Of a stretch of DNA of 64,000 nt, positions 11,101 through 19,710 are shown piece by piece. Each line of letters starts with the position of its first letter. Positions within the stretch are counted from its first letter, which is position 1. The notes below the pieces were generated by a model. It saw only the letters and a list, made by a program, of their open reading frames with translations, was not told the DNA's origin and searched no databases. The stretch is from Cytophagales bacterium. Lineage in GTDB: Bacteria > Bacteroidota > Bacteroidia > Cytophagales > Cyclobacteriaceae. The position numbers were made by a program, and so were the translations under genes. The stretch covers positions 92-64,091 of the forward strand of contig JBBRON010000027.1 of NCBI GenBank assembly GCA_038229375.1, read 5' to 3'.

Positions 11101-12337
11101 TACTGAGACCTGACTGAGTATTAATTACCCTGGTCTTACCGGCTTTTGATATGATGTTAAGTCCGCCCCCACGAGTGCCTACGTATAACTCCCCATCAGG
11201 ATCTTGATAAACGGACCTGATAATGTTATGGGAGAGGTTTCCTGTCTCAGGGAGGCCGGCCTGGATAGCATAGAACGTCTTTGGTCGGGTAAGAAATTTA
11301 TAAACGCCATCGCCATCAGTTCCTACCCAGAGCAGATCCTGGTCAGTTTCAGTAATGGCCAGAATTTTAATTTTTGCCAGCGAAAATGCAGGGAAGTGGG
11401 AATTCATGGTCTTCAACTGAAAACCGGAGGGCGATTTGGTGACTTTAAATATGTCTCCTTCCTCTGTTCCAACCCATAACGAAGAGTGATTGAGACTTTC
11501 AGAAAGTGTCGACACCAGTACATTGCCCAGCTTTAATGTCTCTGGCGCTTTTTCAATCTGGCCAAGGTTATACAAAAGCAATTCACCATTTGCACTGGCA
11601 ATAGCCAGATAGTGGTCCGTACCGATATGAATGAATTTATGATACGTGAATTGTCCTGGTGAAACTAACTGTTTACTGTAAACCACTCGGTTATTTACAG
11701 TGCACACCAACTTGCCATCACTGCCCAATAAATACAGCAAGCCCTGGTGATTTCCAAGGTCGATTACGGAGGCAAGCCAATCAGAATCAATCCCTTCAAA
11801 TTTTACAGGTAAGAATGCATCTTCTTTTAGGGAATAACGGCTTATGCCTTTGCCGATCATACTCACCCATATCGCTGAATCAGAACCAATACACGCTCTT
11901 AGGTTATATTCAAGAAATGGAATGTCATTGAGACTATCAAGATACGTTTGAAAGGTGTCTGTTGTGCGATTGTATTTATTTATGCCCTGGTGAGTAACGA
12001 CCCAAAGATTCCCATCGCCATCTTCAAGGAAGGTCCGGATTACATTATTGCTAATTGTTCCTTTAAGAAAAGGATCGGGTTTATAAACTTTAATAGAACT
12101 TCCATCATAGAGATTAAGGCCGTCCCAGGTGCCCAGCCAGACATGATCATAACGATCCATGTAAACAGAAGTGATGGCGCTATTAGAGAGTTTTGACTGC
12201 TTGGAAACGTGCTGGAAAGGCCAAGCAGAAGCAGAATCTTGTTCGAAAAGACCAGTAAAGAGAGAAAAGAGCAGCACACACAGACTCATACGCCTAATCC
12301 AATTCCACCATAAACCTACCTTTTCCATCGATAACAA
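8162..12337 (-). CDS. Hybrid two-component system regulator (HTCS): periplasmic beta-propeller/Y_Y_Y sensor, TM, HisKA, HATPase, REC and AraC-type HTH
   Basis: Repeated propeller-like segments (LWVGT/LWIGT/LWFGT), H-box FTNIAHEFRTPLTLILGP, ATPase G-box GIGLSLTKSLV, receiver LVITDVLMPDMDGLTL, C-terminal AraC HTH (SLYKKVKTITGLTPHGLIKQYRLRKAADLL). Confidence 0.95.
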   Translation of the reverse strand: MLSMEKVGLWWNWIRRMSLCVLLFSLFTGLFEQDSASAWPFQHVSKQSKLSNSAITSVYMDRYDHVWLGTWDGLNLYDGSSIKVYKPDPFLKGTISNNVIRTFLEDGDGNLWVVTHQGINKYNRTTDTFQTYLDSLNDIPFLEYNLRACIGSDSAIWVSMIGKGISRYSLKEDAFLPVKFEGIDSDWLASVIDLGNHQGLLYLLGSDGKLVCTVNNRVVYSKQLVSPGQFTYHKFIHIGTDHYLAIASANGELLLYNLGQIEKAPETLKLGNVLVSTLSESLNHSSLWVGTEEGDIFKVTKSPSGFQLKTMNSHFPAFSLAKIKILAITETDQDLLWVGTDGDGVYKFLTRPKTFYAIQAGLPETGNLSHNIIRSVYQDPDGELYVGTRGGGLNIISKAGKTRVINTQSGLSNNAVLALNKDQHGNLWLGIDGEGIDMIEAKTNKVFHFPADFENKGDISFSSVYSICIDAFNDIWLGTSGHGVIHLKVVKAPSGNYRFKEFDQIHHSGTTGEASLKSNIVYSVIEEKPNTLWFGTRGGGIYRYNALTRQIEEHIQSNVSDNDGLCNNDVLSMLIDTEEELWIGTSGGLSRLNLKTRPYRIEHYREHEGLPNNTIHGILEDASKNIWISTNHGLVLYNRAKNSFKTFDTNDGLQNNEFTDGAVFQSKGSEKLFFGGIDGLDIAYPAKLNTVDYFPRLTVTDFQIRNTSVRPGDATQILGDDIDVTDEITLNYDQNFISFFFTTLDYWNKQKSEYSYFLENFDKEWNYIRQQQSVTFTNISPGQYTLFINFSNENGEWNAVPKAIRIIVTPPFWKTSWAYFLYVLLAIGFQVGIILYIRWRLRAKKLMAMDKFRASQLKELNDYKLQFFTNIAHEFRTPLTLILGPVTSLLQKNNNSGEIKQLKTIYSNSLRLQKLIEELIEFRKIQSGKGALKVSSLDLVPFTQKVIESFHHYAAEREISLEFHPGPESLPAFVDGKKIEKILINLISNAIKYSTNGGRVTVSLKGVNGKVIYSVKDDGVGILRQNQDKIFESFYQNPTQLSDINGLAKSTGIGLSLTKSLVQIHLGEINVESKPGKGSTFTVIIPGVKEAYPDALDEEPILLPASNLVEKISLEFETDHLLIDQPERFANTVLGKNPYTVLVVDDNAQITSLLGNILSDKYLIYKASNGKKALFILEDERIDLVITDVLMPDMDGLTLCKKIKENIQTSHIPVILLTAKGEIENRIEGLQVGADSYIPKPFHPEHLFIRIEKLIERMELTRKKFQNFADLELHPISTGISEADDTFFSKITQCIIKHLNEHEFNADTIAEEVGMSKASLYKKVKTITGLTPHGLIKQYRLRKAADLLKNSSMSVSEVIDETGFNSRSYFYKSFNEMFHCHPKDFGGTKTE

Positions 12338-12502
12338 TGGCAGGATTTTGTCTTACTGGTAGTATTATGTCCTCTATGTTCTCGATTTGTAAAAAATTGA
12401 TAACCCAGTGAACTTAATAAAAATGATGATGGACGCCGCAGGGGCCGTTTATGGCAAAATTGCATCCTTAATCGATTGATATTTCGGCTGCAAACTAAAT
12501 TA

Positions 12503-13576
12503 ATGCGAGACACCCCATTTCCCGACATCGCGCGGCGCCTCGATCAGAATCCGCTGCTCAAGCCGGTTGATATAATCCCCAGCAGCTCATCAATGACAAT
12601 TGAGTGTCTACTCAATCCAGGCGTCTTTCGATTTAATAACAAGATCTGGCTGCTTGTGCGAGTAGCGGAGCGTCCTCATCAATTGGAAGGACAGGTGAGT
12701 TTCCCAATTTATGACGAAACTGGTAAAATAGAAATACTCCGGTTTGACAAGAAAGATCCGGATCTGGATTTTACAGATCCCCGTGTGATACGGTACAAGG
12801 GAAAGGATTATCTCACTACCCTCTCCCACCTTCGACTGGTATGCAGTGATGATGGAAAGAGATTTTATGAGCCCTATGACTTTCCATCAATTTTTGGAAA
12901 GAATAAGCTTGAAGCATACGGTATAGAGGATTGCCGTGTCACGGAAATAGACGAAATCTATAACCTAACTTACACGATGGTTTCGCATCTGGGTGTGGGT
13001 GTCGGGCTGATTCAAACAAGAGATTGGAAAGTTCTCGACCGCAAAGGAATGATTCTTCCGCCTCACAATAAGGACTGTGCCTTTTTTGCCGAAAAAATTA
13101 ATGGCAAGTATTACTCTCTTCATCGGCCCAGCAGCCCTCAGCTCGGAGGTAATTACATCTGGCTATCGGAGTCTCCCGATTTGCTGCATTGGGGAAATCA
13201 TCAATGTATTGCAACCACACGTGTTGGAATGTGGGATAGTGCCCGTGTTGGCGCGGGTGCTTCACCCATTAAAACTACAGAAGGTTGGCTGGAGATTTAT
13301 CATGGAGCTGATGCTCAGCATCGCTATTGTCTCGGCGCCTTGTTGCTCGATAGCAATGATCCATCTAAAGTTCTTGCAAGAAGTGAAAAGCCGATTATGG
13401 AACCGTTTGCCAAATATGAACTGACCGGTTTTTTTGGAAACGTGGTGTTTACCAATGGCCATTTAGTGGAAGGCGATACGATTCGAATGTACTACGGAGC
13501 CAGCGATGAAGTTATCTGCGGAGCTGAATTCTCCATCAGTGAAATATTAGAAACGCTTCACCCAATTAAGAAATGA
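12503..13576 (+). CDS. GH130 family glycoside phosphorylase/hydrolase (beta-mannoside-type), cytoplasmic
   Basis: GH130/DUF377-like motifs: NPGVFRFNNKIWLLVRVAE, GIEDCRVTE, KDCAFFAEKINGKYYSLHRP, GAGASPI, YYGASD. No signal peptide. The track start at 12476 is a TTG; the first ATG is at 12503. Confidence 0.8.
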   Translation: MRDTPFPDIARRLDQNPLLKPVDIIPSSSSMTIECLLNPGVFRFNNKIWLLVRVAERPHQLEGQVSFPIYDETGKIEILRFDKKDPDLDFTDPRVIRYKGKDYLTTLSHLRLVCSDDGKRFYEPYDFPSIFGKNKLEAYGIEDCRVTEIDEIYNLTYTMVSHLGVGVGLIQTRDWKVLDRKGMILPPHNKDCAFFAEKINGKYYSLHRPSSPQLGGNYIWLSESPDLLHWGNHQCIATTRVGMWDSARVGAGASPIKTTEGWLEIYHGADAQHRYCLGALLLDSNDPSKVLARSEKPIMEPFAKYELTGFFGNVVFTNGHLVEGDTIRMYYGASDEVICGAEFSISEILETLHPIKK

Positions 13577-14838
13577 CTCTCACTGCACTGCTGAAGAAGC
13601 CGAACGAAGAATACGGGTACTTCCTGGAAATGCCCAGGACGATGAGAGTATTGCTTATTACCAACATGATTTATGCATTTGCCTTACCGGTGATTGACAT
13701 CTTCGTTGGGGCGTACATAATGAGGAGTTCGAATGATCCCAAAATCGTTGCGATCTATCAGTTGTCGGTTTACACAGGTATTCCCCTGACGTTCTTGTTG
13801 AATGGATTACTCCTTCGACACGTAAAGATTACAAATCTCTACAGTTTTGGAATGCTCCTTAGTGGCTTCTCCATGCTGGTGATGATGTCCATGCAAAATC
13901 TGTCAATTGCCGGAGTTGGAATAGCAGGTGTATTGATGGGTTGTTCCTTCGGCTTCTTTTGGGCAAATCGAGACCTTCTCGCACTGAACAACACAAATGA
14001 CCTGACGCGAAATTATTACTACGGTCTTGAAACATTCTTTTACACGATTACTTACATCATTGTACCGGTAGCGGTTGGAGCTTTTCTGGCAAATACGGAC
14101 ACGAATGGCTGGTTCAGTGGAAAGATCAATGTTGCTTACCAAATTGTTACTGGCACGGTTTTTTTACTTACGATACTTTCCAGCTATGTCATTCACAAGG
14201 AAGATTTTAAGAATCCAATCCAACGTGAGTTTCTCTTTTTCAAATTTCATAAACTGTGGACAAAGATGCTTGTATTAGCGGCACTGAAGGGAATGACACA
14301 GGGATATCTGGTTACAGCTCCGGCTATTCTGATTATGCGCCTCGTAGGCAATGAAGGATCTGTTGGGTTGGTGCAGGGTGTTAGCGGAGTAGGAACGGCG
14401 ATTATGCTTTATCTGCTGGGCCGCACTACAAAGCCTTCTGATCGCATCTATATTTTTACAGCGGGATTGATAATCTTTCTCGTTGGCGCATTGACCAACG
14501 GAATTCTTTTCTCCGCCATTGGTGTGATGGTATTTGTGCTTTGCAAAGTCCTTTTTACACCCCTTCATGACATCGCTTACTTCCCAACCCAAATGCGGGT
14601 CATTGACGTAATATCAAAAATTGAAAAGAGAAATGAATTTGCGTACATCTTCAATCATGAGTTTGGTCTATATGTTGGAAGATTTTTTGGCCTTGGGCTT
14701 TTCATTTACCTGGACTCCTATGTCTCGGAGAGTTTCGCATTAAAGTATGCGCTCATCATTATTGCAGTCTTGCAACTGGCATCTATTCCAATGGCAAAAC
14801 ATATAATTAAAGAGTGCGACAAACTAAGCAAATCATGA
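13573..14838 (+). CDS. MFS-type transporter (probable oligosaccharide:cation symporter)
   Basis: 421 aa and almost entirely hydrophobic, with roughly 12 predicted helices. ATGA-type overlaps with both neighbours. Confidence 0.7.
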   Translation: MTLTALLKKPNEEYGYFLEMPRTMRVLLITNMIYAFALPVIDIFVGAYIMRSSNDPKIVAIYQLSVYTGIPLTFLLNGLLLRHVKITNLYSFGMLLSGFSMLVMMSMQNLSIAGVGIAGVLMGCSFGFFWANRDLLALNNTNDLTRNYYYGLETFFYTITYIIVPVAVGAFLANTDTNGWFSGKINVAYQIVTGTVFLLTILSSYVIHKEDFKNPIQREFLFFKFHKLWTKMLVLAALKGMTQGYLVTAPAILIMRLVGNEGSVGLVQGVSGVGTAIMLYLLGRTTKPSDRIYIFTAGLIIFLVGALTNGILFSAIGVMVFVLCKVLFTPLHDIAYFPTQMRVIDVISKIEKRNEFAYIFNHEFGLYVGRFFGLGLFIYLDSYVSESFALKYALIIIAVLQLASIPMAKHIIKECDKLSKS

Positions 14839-16619
14839 GCATCACAAATATCACAAAACAATCAGTATCGATTGCCTATTTGAGTGTGATGGCTCTTTGT
14901 GCACTCTGTTTTTCGTCATGCTCATCAAGTGAAAAGCCGGTGACTCAGATCGCTATTAACAGGGTAATAAATATGCCTAATCAGCCTGAGCCTTATAAAA
15001 TGACAGACTGGTATGAGAAAGCACGTCACTATGATCAATACGTATTCAATGCTGAACTGAAGGGCGATTTCATGCCCTTTCTGTGGATTGACAGTGCCAA
15101 ACGGAATATTCCCCAAAATACTTTTGGGTTGTATACAGTAATCGGCGATGTGCGCCAGGGCGCTAATGGAAGTAAAGAGTTTCACGAAGCGCTGACGACC
15201 ATGGGTTCACTTTTCAGTGCTGGCCTGGTTGGCATTGACAAAACAAATCAGAATGGAATGAACTATGTGAAGATGACTCAGAATTATTTCAATTCCGGAA
15301 ACGGTTGGAATATCATGATGAACAATACATATCCTGGTGTAGCACTGCTGGGTGGTGGGTACGGCCGCGACTGGTGGTACGATGTGTTTCCAAACCTACT
15401 ATTTTATGGTCTATGTGAATTGTATCCGGGTGTTTCACAAGCCGACAGCCTTCAGCATATCATTGCCGAGCAATTCTTCAAAGCAGATTCAGTCCTGAAA
15501 GGAAATTATAACTATTCCTTCTTTGACTATGGCAAGATGACGGGTGTGTCGAACAACATCCCCCATCAGCAGGATGCTGCGGCAGGCCACGCGTACATAT
15601 TGTTATGCGCTTACGAAAAATTTGGAGATGAGCGATATCTGAAGGGTGCCATTTCCGCAATGGATGCATTTGTAAGTCAAAAGGAAAGTAGATTTTATGA
15701 AGTACTAATGCCTTTTGGTGCGCTTGTGGCTTCACGTCTTAACGCCGAGCATGGAAAAGATTATGACGTAAAGAAAATACTTGACTGGACGTTTGATGGA
15801 TGTAAAGCTGCCGATGGACGGACGGGCTGGGGAGTAATTGCTGAACGATGGGGTGATTACGATGTTTCTGGTTTGCAGGGAAGTATTACCGATGGCGGTG
15901 GTTATGCTTTTCTGATGAACTCATTTGACATGGCCTGGCCTCTGGTGCCGATGGTCCGCTACGACAGCAGGTATGCTGAAGCTATTGGCAAGTGGATGCT
16001 GAATGTTACCAACGCTGCCCGGCTATTTTACCCCTATGAAATTGACGACAAACACCAATGGCTTCCCGAAAGGAAAGAGATAAGTAAGAATGTCATTGCT
16101 TATGAAGGCCTTCGTAAAGTAGACTACACCTACAAGAAGGAGAAACTAAAGGGTTTTACTCCAGTTGCTCTCGGCGACGGACCTCAATGGGTAAAAGGTC
16201 AACCAGAGACGTCCATGTTTAGTTTATATAGTTCGGCCCAGGTTGGGATTTTTGGCGCGATGGTGAGAAAGACCAACGTAGATAAAATTCTTCAGCTTAA
16301 TTGCAATTCGACCGATTTCTACCAAAAGAATTCATTGCCAACTTTTTTATACTTCAATCCTTACGATACAATTAAAACGGTGTGCTTTTATAATTCTACC
16401 TCATCAGAGGTCGATTTATACAACGTCTTAACCCATGAATATTTGATGAAAGAGGTTTCGAAGGATGGATGTTTTGCTATACCCGCTACAGGTGCAATTG
16501 TTCTGGTTGTGATACCAGCAGGAAGCGCCATCAGCAAAAAGAATAATCAATACAGGGTTGGTGACAAAGTGATTGCTTACGATTATCCTCTTTCAACAAA
16601 CGAAGTTTCTACTCATTAA
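14835..16619 (+). CDS. Uncharacterised PUL lipoprotein, enzyme-like domain; paralogue of the N-terminal ~560 aa of 22444..25560
   Basis: Lipobox MALCALCFSSCSSSEKP. Alignable blocks with the paralogue: NRVINMPNQPEPYKMTDWYEKARHYDQYVF vs NRVEQMPNMPAPYKMRNWKEVAVKYDQYVF; DWWYDVFPNLLFYGL vs DWWYDVMPNIFFYQL; YAEAIGKWMLNVTNAARLFYP vs FARAIGKWTLNLANASRLYYP. I recognise no family. Confidence 0.8.
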   Translation: MSITNITKQSVSIAYLSVMALCALCFSSCSSSEKPVTQIAINRVINMPNQPEPYKMTDWYEKARHYDQYVFNAELKGDFMPFLWIDSAKRNIPQNTFGLYTVIGDVRQGANGSKEFHEALTTMGSLFSAGLVGIDKTNQNGMNYVKMTQNYFNSGNGWNIMMNNTYPGVALLGGGYGRDWWYDVFPNLLFYGLCELYPGVSQADSLQHIIAEQFFKADSVLKGNYNYSFFDYGKMTGVSNNIPHQQDAAAGHAYILLCAYEKFGDERYLKGAISAMDAFVSQKESRFYEVLMPFGALVASRLNAEHGKDYDVKKILDWTFDGCKAADGRTGWGVIAERWGDYDVSGLQGSITDGGGYAFLMNSFDMAWPLVPMVRYDSRYAEAIGKWMLNVTNAARLFYPYEIDDKHQWLPERKEISKNVIAYEGLRKVDYTYKKEKLKGFTPVALGDGPQWVKGQPETSMFSLYSSAQVGIFGAMVRKTNVDKILQLNCNSTDFYQKNSLPTFLYFNPYDTIKTVCFYNSTSSEVDLYNVLTHEYLMKEVSKDGCFAIPATGAIVLVVIPAGSAISKKNNQYRVGDKVIAYDYPLSTNEVSTH

Positions 16620-16623
16620 GGCT

Positions 16624-19600
16624 ATGAAGAAATATTACACTCTCATGATTTTACTGGTAGCGTTGACCACCGGGCCATCGTTTGCGCAGACGATGCTCAA
16701 GGGAACCATTACTGGTGGCAAAGAAACCCTTGTTGGAGCCAATGTTTATTTAAAGGGAACAACGCGCGGCTCTGTGACAGATGTTAACGGAAAATTCTCT
16801 TTGGAATTACCGGAGGGGATGAAGGATTCTACTCTTGTGATTTCATTAGTTGGTTTTAAATCCCAGGAGCTAAGCATCGGATCACGCACCCAGTTTGACG
16901 TTAACCTTGAAGAGAATCTCGAATTACTGTCGGAAGTCGTTATTGTTGGATACGTCGCACAACAACGAGAAAGTATTACCGGAGCAGTCAACACTGTTAG
17001 CGCAGATGTGATCAGCAGATTGCCGCTTCCAAGTCTTGATCAGGCATTGCAGGGAAGAGCACCTGGAGTAGTAGTAACTCAGAATACCGGCGCGCCTGGA
17101 GAAGGAGTTGCGGTAAGGATACGGGGGGCCGGTTCGGTTAACAGTGGTAATAGTCCCCTTTATGTTGTCGACGGCATTCCTACTCAGGATATCAATACCA
17201 TTTCAACTCAGGACATCGCCAGTATAACTGTCTTAAAGGATGCGGGAGCTACAGCCCTTTATGGTTCACGTGCAGCCAATGGTGTTGTGATCGTAACAAC
17301 GAAAATGGGCTCGGTCAGCACTCCAAAAATTCAGATTAGCAGCCAGGTGGGTGTGCAAAGTATAAGCCGGAGTATTGCGATGGCAAACACCGATCAGTAT
17401 GTGTCGATTTATAATGAGGCTGCTGTTAATGACAATGCAGGAAAAAATCCATTGCTGTTTCGTCCACTTATCACAGAAGCGATTAAAGCTGGATTACCCA
17501 ATGTGAATTGGGTGGATGCAATTATGCGCGAAGGAGTCATCCAATCTCACAGTTTATCTATTTCAGGTGGCGAGGGAAAGACGCGTTACTTCATTTCTGG
17601 AAACTATTTCGATCAGCAAGGTATTATCAAAAGCAGCGACTACAATCGGATTAGTGCCCGTGTTAATGTAGATACCGAAGTAAAAAAATGGCTGAGGACA
17701 GGTATCAATTTGAACCTTACTAAAGCCGCCACCAATCTAATAGGAAGCTCGGGTGATGGTGCGGGTGGAAACGGAGGTAGCGTAATCCGTTATGCGTTTT
17801 TCAGGACCCCTGCTATTCCAATCTATCAAGATAATGGTGACTTCACCGACAAACCAGATCGCTATGACCTCTTCGGCGATGGATACAATCCTGTCGGAAT
17901 GCTGGCTTACAACAATAACAAGCTTATTTCCAATAGGGTATTCGGAAAATACTTCGTTGAACTTTCTCTTTTTGAAGGATTTAAATTCACATCAAATGTT
18001 GGTATTGACATTACCAATTCCAATCAGCGTCGCTTCGATCGCAACTGGGGAACAGGAGGTCGTATCAATGGTATCAATCAGCTAACGGTAACGGATGCCC
18101 AAAACACATCACTCACGTTCAGTAACTATGCAACGTATGTCAAGTCATTTGACAAGCATCATTTCACATTTCTTCTCGGTACTGAATCAATTAAGATCAA
18201 GAATTATGCATTTAATGCTACTGAAAAAGCCTATCCCGATCAGACAAATGACCTTGTTTATCTCGGCAATGGCGTTGGACAAAGAACGACAAACGAAAGT
18301 AAAGCAGGCAACTCACTCCTCTCCTTCTTTGGCAAAGTCAACTACGACTACAATGAGAAATATCTAATTACGGCAACTCTCCGTCGTGATGGTTCGTCAC
18401 GATTTGGTGCTGAAAACCGGTGGGGAAATTTTTACGCAGGGTCAGTGGGTTGGAGACTTGACAAGGAAGCCTTCCTGGAAAACAACACCACCATTGATAG
18501 ATTGCTTTTACGTGTTGGTTATGGTGCTATCGGAAACCAGGATATTGGTAACTATGCCTACACAGATGCCATTACATCGGTGTACAATTATCCATACAAC
18601 AATGCGAAATCAGTTGGCTACGTGGTATCCGGACTCGGCAACAGCAAATTGAAATGGGAAACCAGTAAGCAACTCAATGTCGGTATTGATATAGAAATGT
18701 TTGATGGCAAGTTCTCAGCTTCCCTCGATTACTTTGATAAGATTACCAGCGACCTTCTTGTCCGGCAGCCGATTGCGTCATCCAGCGGAGAAGACGATGG
18801 TGGTTTCCCACATTTCATTTACTTCAACAATGGAAAAGTTCAAAATAACGGAGTTGAATTGGCGCTCAATTATGCTGATCATGTTGGCGACTTCCGATAT
18901 TCTATCAGTGCAAATGCGGCGACACTTCACAATGAAGTCCTGGCGATTAATTCACCGATTTCAGGTGGTGCCGTCGGATCCGACAGGCTTACCAGAACGG
19001 AGGCAGGCTATCCAATCGGTTCGTTCTACCTCTATGAAATGGAAGGAATATTCCAGAACGCATCAGAAATATTTACCCACGCATTTCAGGGAAATGGAAT
19101 TGCAGCGGGTGATGTAAAATTTAAAGACCAGAATGGAGACGGTAAAATCGATGGCAATGATCGCGTACATGCTGGAAGTGCCATACCAAAGGTAACAGCT
19201 GGATTGAACTTCACTCTTAATTATAAAAACTGGGATATGTCTGTCTTTTTTCAAGGTGCTTATGGTCAGAAGATTTTCTCCGTTCTTAATCGTGATATCG
19301 AAGGATTTTATCGACCGTTCAATGTGACAGAACGGTACTTTCAAGGTCATTGGACCGGCGAAGGGTCCACCAACGAATTTCCTCGTGCGTCATGGGATGC
19401 GTCGGGCAACAACACCAAATATTCAACACGGTTTCTGGAAGATGGATCGTACACACGTCTTAAGAATCTTCAGGTGGGATACAATTTTCCCGCGAAAGGA
19501 ATAACGCGATATGGTTTCTCTGCACTTAGAATCTATTTCTCGGGCACTAATTTATTTACCTGGACAAAGTATCAGGGCCTGGATCCTGAAATGACTGTCA

Positions 19601-19701
19601 GCAACAATGCTCAAGGTCAGGGAGACGGATCAGCCGGTCTGGATTGGGGTACCTATCCGGCTGCTAAATCTTACAACGTTGGTATAAACCTAACTTTTTA
19701 A
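16624..19701 (+). CDS. SusC/RagA-family TonB-dependent outer-membrane transporter
   Basis: Signal peptide MKKYYTLMILLVALTTGPSFAQ, carboxypeptidase-regulatory-like domain (GANVYLKGTTRGSVTDVNGKFSL), plug (SITVLKDAGATALYGSRAANGVVIVTTK), C-terminal beta-barrel ending NLTF. Followed immediately by a SusD gene. Confidence 0.95.
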   Translation: MKKYYTLMILLVALTTGPSFAQTMLKGTITGGKETLVGANVYLKGTTRGSVTDVNGKFSLELPEGMKDSTLVISLVGFKSQELSIGSRTQFDVNLEENLELLSEVVIVGYVAQQRESITGAVNTVSADVISRLPLPSLDQALQGRAPGVVVTQNTGAPGEGVAVRIRGAGSVNSGNSPLYVVDGIPTQDINTISTQDIASITVLKDAGATALYGSRAANGVVIVTTKMGSVSTPKIQISSQVGVQSISRSIAMANTDQYVSIYNEAAVNDNAGKNPLLFRPLITEAIKAGLPNVNWVDAIMREGVIQSHSLSISGGEGKTRYFISGNYFDQQGIIKSSDYNRISARVNVDTEVKKWLRTGINLNLTKAATNLIGSSGDGAGGNGGSVIRYAFFRTPAIPIYQDNGDFTDKPDRYDLFGDGYNPVGMLAYNNNKLISNRVFGKYFVELSLFEGFKFTSNVGIDITNSNQRRFDRNWGTGGRINGINQLTVTDAQNTSLTFSNYATYVKSFDKHHFTFLLGTESIKIKNYAFNATEKAYPDQTNDLVYLGNGVGQRTTNESKAGNSLLSFFGKVNYDYNEKYLITATLRRDGSSRFGAENRWGNFYAGSVGWRLDKEAFLENNTTIDRLLLRVGYGAIGNQDIGNYAYTDAITSVYNYPYNNAKSVGYVVSGLGNSKLKWETSKQLNVGIDIEMFDGKFSASLDYFDKITSDLLVRQPIASSSGEDDGGFPHFIYFNNGKVQNNGVELALNYADHVGDFRYSISANAATLHNEVLAINSPISGGAVGSDRLTRTEAGYPIGSFYLYEMEGIFQNASEIFTHAFQGNGIAAGDVKFKDQNGDGKIDGNDRVHAGSAIPKVTAGLNFTLNYKNWDMSVFFQGAYGQKIFSVLNRDIEGFYRPFNVTERYFQGHWTGEGSTNEFPRASWDASGNNTKYSTRFLEDGSYTRLKNLQVGYNFPAKGITRYGFSALRIYFSGTNLFTWTKYQGLDPEMTVSNNAQGQGDGSAGLDWGTYPAAKSYNVGINLTF

Positions 19702-19710
19702 ACAACCAGC

